Positions 56,016 to 64,000 of a stretch of 64,000 bases of DNA are shown one piece after another (position 1 is the stretch's first letter; each line of letters begins with the position of its first letter). The DNA comes from Acidobacteriota bacterium. GTDB taxonomy: Bacteria; Acidobacteriota; UBA6911; RPQK01; JAJDTT01. The translations under genes and the position numbers were made by a program. The notes under the pieces are model-generated. The model worked only from the letters and a program-made list of their open reading frames with translations, was not told where the DNA came from and made no database searches. Location of the stretch: positions 3,264,001-3,328,000 of the forward strand of contig OZ253580.1 in NCBI GenBank assembly GCA_965263035.1, in the 5' to 3' direction.

Positions 56016-58901
56016 ATGGTGTCATTGTTGTCTCGGAATCAGTGGTTTCCTGCAAGGCTGGGCTTACGCACAGTCGGCGTACTTGCGGTACTGACTCTGG
56101 CAACCCTGGTGGCTACGGGTTCCGCTGCTGGCCAATGTCTTGAAGTCCGGGTGCTGGACCCGTCAGCCGCCGCCATAGTTGGGGCTTCGGTACTGATCGG
56201 AGCCCAGGAGAAGACGACCGACGAAACCGGGACCGCAGAGTTTTGCGATCTCGGCACACCTCCTCACGCGGTCGTGATCGTCGCTCCCAACTTCCAGGTG
56301 CTGGAAGACCTGGTGCAGAAATCCGAGGGTAGAGTTGCCTTCACGCTGGCGGTCCTCGTGGAGACCGAACTGATCGTGGTCGGGACTCGTGCCGAAGCGC
56401 GGTCGAGCACCGAATCGATGGTTCCCGTCGACGTGATCGGCGGCGCGGATTTCATCAATCAGGGAACCACCGACGTGACCGACCTGATGCGCACGCTGAC
56501 CCCCTCGTTCAACGTCAACACCCAGCCCATCAGCGACGCGGCCACCATCGTGCGGCCGGCCAACCTGCGCAACATGGCCCCGGACCACACGCTGATCCTC
56601 GTCAACGGCAAGCGCCGCCACCGCGCGGCCGTAATCGCCTGGCTGGGCAATGGTATTGCCGACGGGGCGCAGGGGCCGGATCTGTCCACCATACCCGCCA
56701 TCGCTCTGCGGCAGGTCGAGGTGCTGCGCGACGGCGCGGCCGCGCAATACGGTTCCGACGCCATTGCCGGCGTCATCAACTTCGAGTTGAAGAACGCCCG
56801 CTCCGGGGGCAGCATGGAGTTCCGCACCGGCCAGTACTTCGACGAGAACGACGGCGACCCGGGCACGTGCGGTACCATCGGCCGCTCGTGCAACGGCATC
56901 GGCGGTCGCGGTATGAACTACGCTTTCGCCGGTAACGTGGGTCTGCCGCTCGGCCCCGAAGGGTTCGTGAATATCAGCCTTGAGTACGGCGGCACGCAGC
57001 CCACCAATCGGGCCGTGAATGACAGCGGTACGGCGGCGGTGATCAACGGCGGCAACGCCCACGTGCGGACCACGTCGCGTGTCTGGGGCACGCCGCTGAT
57101 CGAGGACGACCTGAAGCTGTTCGCCAACTTCGGCACCGGGGGGGATCGGGCGGAGTTCTACGGCCACACGAACTACGCCAGCAAGAAGGTGACTGGCGGC
57201 TTCTATTACCGCAATCCCAACAACCGCGGCAACGTGTATTCGGTCGACGGCGGCGAGTCGTTGCTGGTCGGCGACGGGCTGGCGGCGAAGGGCACGGGCT
57301 CGGCCAATTGCCCGACGGTCAACATCGTCGACGGCACGCCGGATCAGGCCGCCTTCGCGGCGGTCCGCAACGATCCGAACTGCTTCACGTTCCACCAGCC
57401 GTTCCTTGGCGCACCGGACGGCCTGCCGGGCGGCTTCACGCCCCAGTTCGGCGGCGACGTCAACGATTACTCACTGGTTTCCGGCGTGCGCGGGACCATG
57501 ATGAACGGACTCCACTGGGACATCAGCGGTTCCACCGGCCGGAGCCACGTGCAGACCTTCATCTTCGACACGGTCAACGCCTCTCTCGGCCCCGAGAGCC
57601 CGACCCGGTTCGAGCCGAACCTGCTGCAGCAGACCGAAAACAGCCTCAACGCGGACATGTCGTACGCCGCGAGCGACATGGTCAACGTCGCCGGGGGCTT
57701 CGAGTGGCGGAACGAGCAGTACCACCTCGGCGAAGGCGATCAGGCGTCCTGGGCGATCGGCCCCTACGGCGCGCAGGGCTTCAGCTCCGCCTCCAACGGC
57801 TACAACGGCACCCGACCCGAGAACGCCGGCACCTGGGACCGCGCCAATTACGCGGGGTACGGCGACGTCGAGCTGCACGGCGGCGCCAACGACTGGAACC
57901 TCGGTGCCGCCGTACGCGTCGAGGACTTCTACGACAGCTTCGGCACGACGATAAACGGCAAGCTGTCGGGGCGCTACGGCGTCACCGACATCTTCGCGCT
58001 GCGCGCCGCGGTCAGCAGCGGCTTCCGCGCCCCAACGCCGGGTCAGCAGAACGTGCTGAACGTGACGACCGAGTTCGACTACGCGCTGAACGACCTGATC
58101 AACAACGGCACCATCCCGTCCACATCGCCGGTCGCGGCACTTCGGGGCGGGGAGCCCCTGCAGCCGGAACAGTCGACCAACTACTCGTTCGGGACGGTCG
58201 TCGACACCGGTGGTCCGTTCACCGTCACCACCGACTATTTCCGCGTCAACGTGTCGGACCGGCTCACCATCACGAGGAACTACAGCCTTTCGGAGGACGA
58301 GGTCACGACGCTGGTGGCCGACGGGATTACCGAAGCCGGCAACCTCGCCGCGTTCCGCTTCTTCGTGAACGACTTCTCGACCCTCACGCAGGGGGTCGAC
58401 GTCGTCGCGTCCTGGACGCCGCTGGCCATCGGCGGACGGACCACGTTCACCGGCGTCTTCAACTACACCGACACGCAAGTGACCGAGTTCAGCGAGGAGC
58501 ACTTCGACACGGACCGAGTCACGTCGCTGACCCTGGGGCTGCCGAGGATTCGCTGGAACTTCGGGGCCACCCACACCGCAAACCGCTGGACCCTGATGAC
58601 CCGGCTGCACTACTACGGTTCGTACTGGGATCGGGAGGACGCGCGCTCGGCGAGGGGCGTGGCGATGTCGCACATGTATCCGCTGTACAGCGGCAAGCCG
58701 CTGGTCGACGTCGAGCTCGGCTTCCCGATCAGCGACGTCACGCTGTCGTTCGGGGCGCAGAACGTCTTCAATACCTACCCGGACGAGAATCCGGGCGCCC
58801 TCGCCGGGGTGGGCAACCGTTACGGCCAATTCGGGCCGTTCGGCTTCAACGGCGGCTACTACTATGTCCGGGTCGGCTACACCTTCGGCAACAACTTCTA
58901 G
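56016..58901 (+). CDS. TonB-dependent receptor
   Basis: GGAGG RBS, plug LVNGKRRH, VEVLRDGAAAQYGSDAIAGVINF, SGFRAPT and a terminal Phe. Confidence 0.95.
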   Translation: MVSLLSRNQWFPARLGLRTVGVLAVLTLATLVATGSAAGQCLEVRVLDPSAAAIVGASVLIGAQEKTTDETGTAEFCDLGTPPHAVVIVAPNFQVLEDLVQKSEGRVAFTLAVLVETELIVVGTRAEARSSTESMVPVDVIGGADFINQGTTDVTDLMRTLTPSFNVNTQPISDAATIVRPANLRNMAPDHTLILVNGKRRHRAAVIAWLGNGIADGAQGPDLSTIPAIALRQVEVLRDGAAAQYGSDAIAGVINFELKNARSGGSMEFRTGQYFDENDGDPGTCGTIGRSCNGIGGRGMNYAFAGNVGLPLGPEGFVNISLEYGGTQPTNRAVNDSGTAAVINGGNAHVRTTSRVWGTPLIEDDLKLFANFGTGGDRAEFYGHTNYASKKVTGGFYYRNPNNRGNVYSVDGGESLLVGDGLAAKGTGSANCPTVNIVDGTPDQAAFAAVRNDPNCFTFHQPFLGAPDGLPGGFTPQFGGDVNDYSLVSGVRGTMMNGLHWDISGSTGRSHVQTFIFDTVNASLGPESPTRFEPNLLQQTENSLNADMSYAASDMVNVAGGFEWRNEQYHLGEGDQASWAIGPYGAQGFSSASNGYNGTRPENAGTWDRANYAGYGDVELHGGANDWNLGAAVRVEDFYDSFGTTINGKLSGRYGVTDIFALRAAVSSGFRAPTPGQQNVLNVTTEFDYALNDLINNGTIPSTSPVAALRGGEPLQPEQSTNYSFGTVVDTGGPFTVTTDYFRVNVSDRLTITRNYSLSEDEVTTLVADGITEAGNLAAFRFFVNDFSTLTQGVDVVASWTPLAIGGRTTFTGVFNYTDTQVTEFSEEHFDTDRVTSLTLGLPRIRWNFGATHTANRWTLMTRLHYYGSYWDREDARSARGVAMSHMYPLYSGKPLVDVELGFPISDVTLSFGAQNVFNTYPDENPGALAGVGNRYGQFGPFGFNGGYYYVRVGYTFGNNF

Positions 58902-58909
58902 GAGCGCTG

Positions 58910-59097
58910 GGAGCGGCGGTTTTCTTACCGCCTGGAGGGGCGACTTTCTTGTCGCCCATTAGGAGCAGCGACTTTCTTGTCGCCGACAGGGGCGTCTAGG
59001 GGGGACGCAGTCCTCCCTAGACATTCCGGAATAAACGACAACCATCCGCCTCTTCTCATCGGACGAAAGAGGGCACCCACACAAGGGGTGCCCTTAC
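58910..59097. repeat. Cluster of REP-like palindromes between convergent genes
   Basis: Three GGAG-stem-TTTCTT-stem units (58910, 58934, 58962), a hairpin at 58994-59022 and a GTAA-GGGCACCC hairpin at 59070-59097. Confidence 0.75.
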
Positions 59098-60761
59098 CGG
59101 TAGTCGATAAACACCTCCACCCCCTGAACCCGTATCGGCTTGAGCGGGGGCTTCCCGTTCCGGCGTCTCAGCCGAATCGTCAGCTCATTGAGCCCCTGCC
59201 GGACGGGAGCATTTTCGAATCGTAGTTCCCAGCTTCCCATCTCTCCCCGCAACCCCCGCCCATTCAGCTCCAGCCGCAGATCGTCGTCCCACCGGCTGTA
59301 TCCACTCAAACTCACTACCAGACTCACCGATTCAATAACCCCATCCTCCCGAGCCCCCTCCAAGTCGTCCCCCACGAAAAGGCGAAGAGTCTTCTCCTGC
59401 CCCGCGCCCAGGTCGACGGGAAGCTGCATTTCTCCTCCCTCATCCGGAGTCCTGGCCGCCATGTCCCTGGTGATGAAGTAATGCTTGTCCTTTCGTGAGA
59501 TGAGCCCGGAATCGCCGATCTCCATCAGCATCTGCCGTTCTTCAGGGCCCAGGAGAGGATTCCGGGACGTATCGATCAAGGAGTTGACGGCATTGTGGCG
59601 CTGAATGCCGCTGGCGTGGGTGTCGAAGTTGAAAAGATGCAGCCCGCTCACGCCCTGGCCCCATAAACTCTGGGCCGCCGCCCGCATCATCTCCAGGCTG
59701 GCCCGTCCCGTCTTGGAACCCGTGTAATCTGTGACATAGAGGTCCGAGATCCCGCCGACCACCTGGACCCGAGTTCCGCGGGCCGCTTCCACGAAGCTGA
59801 CCAAGTCCGGCATCATATCCAGGTAGCCCCGGGTCGCAGGCGCCACCATGTCCACCAGGTCCTCCCGGATCCAGGTCATCACATCGAATCCGATCTTCCG
59901 GTTCAGGGCCAAGGTAGGGAGAACCCGGACCATGAGAGTGATCCGGCGCCCCTTCTGACGTTCGATCTCCTCCAGCCGGTTGCGAATCCGCCGCACGAAG
60001 CCGGTCATGATGGGAACGGCCGCTTCCTCCCGGCCCTTTTTGAACACCATGGGGTGGCTCAGGAAATCGAGCTCGATCCCGTCCACGTCGTAGTCGCGGC
60101 AGATCTCCTCGATGAGTCCGAATTTCAGGTCCCGGACCTCCTGCTGGGCGTAGTCGAAGGCGTAGCTGAAATCCCGCCCGTAAAGGCTCACATAGCGGTC
60201 CGGAACATCTTTGCCGATGGCGACGTGGGGCCTATCCCGCTCCCACCGGCCCCGTTTCGACGGCCAGCGCTCCACCCAGTCCTTGTGGATGTCGTTCATC
60301 CTGAGGCTGGCCCAGAATTCCATTCCCAGCTCGCGGGTGCGGGCCGCCCAGATCTCCAAGGGGTCGGTCCCTTGCTCCAGAAGGCCCAGGACGTTTTGGG
60401 CCAAACGCCGGAAGTTGGGGTTCTCTAACTCGGTCATTCCCCGGCCGTACACTTCTCCCACCTGGGTGTCGTAGAGCACGTAGGTTCCATAGGAGGCGCA
60501 CTGGATGAAGACGTCCACCTGAGTCCCTTCCAGTTCGTTGACCACACGGCAGACCTGGTCGGGTGTGATGGGAGGGCCGTTCGCGTACAAAGCTCCGCTC
60601 CCCCCGTCGCTGCTGAGATAGAGGCGGGCCGGTTTGCGGGGCGCCGCCGCCGATTCCTCTGCCTTATCCGAACTCCGCTCGGGTCCACTTCCGCCGCAGC
60701 CGCTGAGAAGGATCAGGGCCGCGAGCAACCAAGCGGCAACCATTCTGGTGACGGGTCTCAT
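59094..60761 (-). CDS. GH10-like (GHL10/DUF187-type) lipoprotein, paralog 1
   Basis: LSGC lipobox; SLRMNDIH, DYAQQEVR, YDVDGIELDF and HLFNF. Confidence 0.85.
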   Translation of the reverse strand: MRPVTRMVAAWLLAALILLSGCGGSGPERSSDKAEESAAAPRKPARLYLSSDGGSGALYANGPPITPDQVCRVVNELEGTQVDVFIQCASYGTYVLYDTQVGEVYGRGMTELENPNFRRLAQNVLGLLEQGTDPLEIWAARTRELGMEFWASLRMNDIHKDWVERWPSKRGRWERDRPHVAIGKDVPDRYVSLYGRDFSYAFDYAQQEVRDLKFGLIEEICRDYDVDGIELDFLSHPMVFKKGREEAAVPIMTGFVRRIRNRLEEIERQKGRRITLMVRVLPTLALNRKIGFDVMTWIREDLVDMVAPATRGYLDMMPDLVSFVEAARGTRVQVVGGISDLYVTDYTGSKTGRASLEMMRAAAQSLWGQGVSGLHLFNFDTHASGIQRHNAVNSLIDTSRNPLLGPEERQMLMEIGDSGLISRKDKHYFITRDMAARTPDEGGEMQLPVDLGAGQEKTLRLFVGDDLEGAREDGVIESVSLVVSLSGYSRWDDDLRLELNGRGLRGEMGSWELRFENAPVRQGLNELTIRLRRRNGKPPLKPIRVQGVEVFIDYR

Positions 60762-60768
60762 CTCCACT

Positions 60769-61204
60769 TCACCTGTGTTGCCAGATTACGCGCCAGAGGA
60801 TGAAGAGCCCGCTGGCCAGGCAGCGGACCCGGACGTCGAAACGGTGCTCCAGGTATTCGTAGGCGCTGTAGAGCCGCAAACGGTTGTAGATAGGGAAGGA
60901 AGATCCGGTTGACGATGGGCATGCACAGCAGAATCACGAAGGGACCCACGAAGAAGATCAGGCCGTTCTCCTGGGTGACCGAGGGGAGGGCCATGTAGCT
61001 GTTGGCGCTGAAGAGAGTGGCGATCAGGGAGAGTCCCACCGGCATCCAGGCCATGGAACGTCCGGCCAGGAAGAAGTCCCAGGTTGTATTCTGACCCCTG
61101 TAGAAGGAAGCCCCCAACAACACCGTGGCCGCCAGGTAACCAGCCAGGATGATCCAATCCAGAGTCTCCCGCCCACCGGGTACGATCGCCGATTCTGATG
61201 TCAT
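60769..61204 (-). pseudogene. Truncated, frameshifted sodium:solute symporter
   Basis: The N-terminus (LDWIIL...FFLAGRSM..MPVGLSLIAT) continues after a +1 shift near 60892 as IYNRLRLYSAYEYLEHRFDVRVR...WRVIW, then stops. Confidence 0.88.
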
Positions 61205-61237
61205 GGACGGAAGCTCTCCAACCGTGGATCGTCCGGT

Positions 61238-62908
61238 TCAATCCCGGTAGTCGATGGACAGCTCGACGCCTTGGATCCGGATGGGATCCTGGCGCGAAGA
61301 CGGCCGGTTCCGGAGGTTCAGAGACAACAGGTTTTTTCCTTGCTTCGGGGTCACGCCTTCGAAACGCAGGGCGTCCCCCTCGAACCTTCCCCGCAACCCG
61401 CGGCCGTTCAACCGCACCCTCAGATCGTCGTCCCAGCGATCGTATCCCTCCACCGAGACCATCAGGGAGGTGGATTCCAGAAACCCGTCCTCGCGCGCCG
61501 CCGCCACGTCGTCTCCCACCAGGAACCGAAGCTCCCGGGTGTCTCCGCGGACCATCTCGGTGGGAAGCTGCATCTCTCCTCCCGCTTCCGGTGTCAGCCC
61601 ACCCATCTCCCGAGTCACGTAGTAATGCTTGTCCCTGCGGGCGATCGTGGCCGGATCGCCGATCTCCTTCAGGGCCTGGATCTCTTCCGGACTGAACAGC
61701 ACCCCCGGCTTGCCCTTGCCAGTGGCGTGGCAGTCGTAGTTGAACAGATGGAGGCTCGTCGCGCCGGCCTGCCAGGCGGCCGCCGCTGCCGCTCGTAGCA
61801 TCTCGAGGGAGGCCCGGCCGGTCTTGCTCCCCGTATAGTCGCGCACGTAGAGGTCGGACAGGCCGCCGGAAATCTCGACGCCGGTCCCCCGCGCCAGCTC
61901 CACAAAAGGCGTCAAATCCGCCGAAATGTCCAGATAGCCCCGGGTCGCCGGCGCGATCATGTCCACCCATCCCTCCCGGATCCAGGCCGCGACGTCCAGC
62001 CCGATCCTCTCGTTGAGTTCCAGAGAAGGGAGGATCCGGACCAGCAGCGTCAGTTTGCGCCCCTTGGCCTGGCCGATCTCGTCCAGCCGCGCGCGGACCT
62101 GACGCACGAAATCGTTCATCAGAGGCATGCCGCGGACTGCCTCCCCCTTCTTGAAGTAGTAAGGGTGGCTCAGAAAATCCATTTCGAAGCCGTCCACGTC
62201 GTAGTTGGTGCACACTTCCTCGATGATGGCCAGCTTTCGGTCGCGCACTTCTTCCAAGGCATAGTCCATGGCCCAGGAGTAGCCGTGGGAGGGCTGGGGA
62301 GAGCGGTTCGAGTGATGCAGATAGCGGTCGGGTACGGCGGATCCGAGCCGCACCTGGGGATTGGCCCGTTCCCACTGGCTCCGGAAGGATGGCCAGCGCT
62401 CCGACCAGTCCTTGTGGATGTCGTTCATCCTCAGGCTGGGCCAGAATTGCATCCCCGCCTCACGGCTCCGGCGGCTCCAGATCTCCAGGGGATCCTCTCC
62501 TGCCTCCAGCATGGCGTCGACATTCCGGGCCCAGCGTCGAATTCCGGGATATTTCTCGAAGTCCCGCTTGTGGTCCTCGCTGATGGGCTTGGCATAGACT
62601 TCGGTGACCTGGGTCGGGTAGAGCATCTGCTCGTCGCTCCACTGGATGCACTGGATGAAGACGTCCACCTGGGTCCCTTCGATCTCGTTCACCGCCCGGC
62701 AGAGCTGCCGCGGCGTGATGGGTGGCTCGAATGCCATCAGAGCGGCGTCGCCGCCGTCGCTGTTCAGAAGCAGTCTCAGCCCGCCCGGGCGCCGAGTCTC
62801 CAGCGGCGTCGCGCCGCCGGTCTCGGCGGGGTTGGATTCCTGGATGGAGCATCCGGACAACAGAGGAGCAATCAGAAGCCCGGTCAAAAGGCGGAAGCAC
62901 TTGTTCAT
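61238..62908 (-). CDS. GH10-like (GHL10/DUF187-type) lipoprotein, paralog 2
   Basis: LSGC lipobox; NSDGG, SLRMNDIH and YDVDGFEMDF; collinear with 59094-60761. Confidence 0.85.
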   Translation of the reverse strand: MNKCFRLLTGLLIAPLLSGCSIQESNPAETGGATPLETRRPGGLRLLLNSDGGDAALMAFEPPITPRQLCRAVNEIEGTQVDVFIQCIQWSDEQMLYPTQVTEVYAKPISEDHKRDFEKYPGIRRWARNVDAMLEAGEDPLEIWSRRSREAGMQFWPSLRMNDIHKDWSERWPSFRSQWERANPQVRLGSAVPDRYLHHSNRSPQPSHGYSWAMDYALEEVRDRKLAIIEEVCTNYDVDGFEMDFLSHPYYFKKGEAVRGMPLMNDFVRQVRARLDEIGQAKGRKLTLLVRILPSLELNERIGLDVAAWIREGWVDMIAPATRGYLDISADLTPFVELARGTGVEISGGLSDLYVRDYTGSKTGRASLEMLRAAAAAAWQAGATSLHLFNYDCHATGKGKPGVLFSPEEIQALKEIGDPATIARRDKHYYVTREMGGLTPEAGGEMQLPTEMVRGDTRELRFLVGDDVAAAREDGFLESTSLMVSVEGYDRWDDDLRVRLNGRGLRGRFEGDALRFEGVTPKQGKNLLSLNLRNRPSSRQDPIRIQGVELSIDYRD

Positions 62909-62982
62909 AAGGGTTCTCCCGGGAGGTGCCTGCGGCGGTCAGTATAGGCACGCCATGCCTCCAAGTGTAGTCTTTGAAGGAG

Positions 62983-64000
62983 ATGCTCCAGATCCGCCTG
63001 CTCGCTCGTTGTTTGCATCTTTTTCTGGTTTCGGTGCCGGCCTCCTGGTCTCTTCTGGGCGCCGGAGAAGCGCCGCTGCAGGTGGGGAGCACGAAACAGC
63101 TCTTCCTGGGACCCTGGACAGAGGACGGACGGGACGGACACCTGGTGGAGTCCATGACCGGAGTCACCATCCGGATGAACGAGGCCCGGGCCACGGGCGA
63201 GCGTCTCATGGTCCAGGATCGACCCTGGGAGGGCACCGGAATGCTGGACATGCGGCAGTTCGTCCTGAGGGATGGGGACCGATTTCGCATCTACTACTCG
63301 GCCCTCCTCTTCCATGTCGTCCCCGAATCGGACCCGGCTGCCGCGAACCGTCAGCCCCGGTTCTGGACCCGGGCGCACCAGCGCATCCTCTGCTACGGCG
63401 AGTCGCGGGACGGAATCCACTGGAAGAAGCCCCACCTGGGCCTGGTCTCGTGGAACGGCTCGCGGGAGAACAACATCCTCTTTCCCAACGACGACTTCCC
63501 TTATCTCTTTTCGGAGATGGAGGGCGCCTGGGTCTTCATCGACACCGACGCGCCGGGCCCCGGTGAGGAGTACAAGATGTTCGTCAAGATCTCTCCCATT
63601 CGCGACGATCCATCGAGACCGCACGAGGAAGATCCGCCAGCAGACGCCAAGATGTTGGCGAAGGGCCAGTACGCCTTCGTGTCTACCGACGGCATCCGCT
63701 GGAGGTTGCTGAGCCAGGAGCGAATACCGGTCAAGCACAACGACACCCAATTCTCCGTCTTCCGGGACCAGCGCATCGGAATGTACGTGGCCTATACCCG
63801 GCGTCGCCGCCCGAGTCCGGCCCAGATCGCCTACTATCGAAAACGTTACGGTATCGACGGCCGCACCGTCGTCCTGACGGCGGGACGGATCGTCTCCAGA
63901 GACTTCCGAACCTGGACCGGGGAGGACGCCTACGACTGGAACGACCCAGGCTCCCATCCGGTCTCGACCATTTCGCCCGACGCCATCGATCAGGCCGGTT
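62983..64000 (+). CDS. Secreted five-bladed beta-propeller glycosidase-like protein (GH32/GH43 clan-like), partial
   Basis: Not in the ORF track. Manual translation MLQIRLL...VGSTKQLFL...DRPWEG...FRIYY...CYGESRDGIHWKKPHLGL...ENNI..., apparently open to the window end. Confidence 0.85.
   Translation, partial: MLQIRLLARCLHLFLVSVPASWSLLGAGEAPLQVGSTKQLFLGPWTEDGRDGHLVESMTGVTIRMNEARATGERLMVQDRPWEGTGMLDMRQFVLRDGDRFRIYYSALLFHVVPESDPAAANRQPRFWTRAHQRILCYGESRDGIHWKKPHLGLVSWNGSRENNILFPNDDFPYLFSEMEGAWVFIDTDAPGPGEEYKMFVKISPIRDDPSRPHEEDPPADAKMLAKGQYAFVSTDGIRWRLLSQERIPVKHNDTQFSVFRDQRIGMYVAYTRRRRPSPAQIAYYRKRYGIDGRTVVLTAGRIVSRDFRTWTGEDAYDWNDPGSHPVSTISPDAIDQAG

Noticed and set aside
58910-58984. CRISPR array
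   Set aside because: Units are separated by only 1-4 nt, there are no spacers and no cas genes.
60786-62375. 529-aa same-strand overlapping ORF
   Set aside because: It is an alternative frame of the GH-like gene and the symporter remnant, with low-complexity Arg/Gly/Pro composition.

Overview
GC-rich bacterial chromosomal segment, most likely Acidobacteriota (inferred from the Acidobacterial-type VWA protein, the Oar-like TonB-dependent receptor, and many secreted GH-like, sulfatase and FG-GAP proteins). It holds about 45 CDS. Housekeeping and metabolic genes include PduO, a DnaC-like ATPase, TrmJ, HPF, a 2-oxoacid dehydrogenase E1a/E1b/E2 operon, a siroheme reductase, Mrp/ApbC, HisJ, ArsC and GGT. 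The rest are accessory carbohydrate and uptake genes. I found no rRNA, tRNA, CRISPR array, transposase, integrase or reverse transcriptase. The main unexplained structure is two families of non-coding elements (A and B). Their arm sequences differ, yet all five intact copies are 159 bp, are flanked by CTAG-like tetramers, fold into full-length G-U-rich hairpins on one strand and share an apical motif. One copy interrupts a signal-peptide coding region, two are stacked in tandem, one has collapsed to 38 bp, and degenerate ends coincide with promoter and RBS signals. Other points of interest: a ~195-bp structured intergenic element, an 11-bp-periodic PhoB/OmpR-like box upstream of a TonB receptor, a REP-like cluster, an HPPD-like orphan protein, a non-canonical M24 enzyme, a stand-alone HEPN gene and a decayed symporter between two tandem GH-like paralogs. 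All family assignments come from motif recognition by eye, not from database searches.
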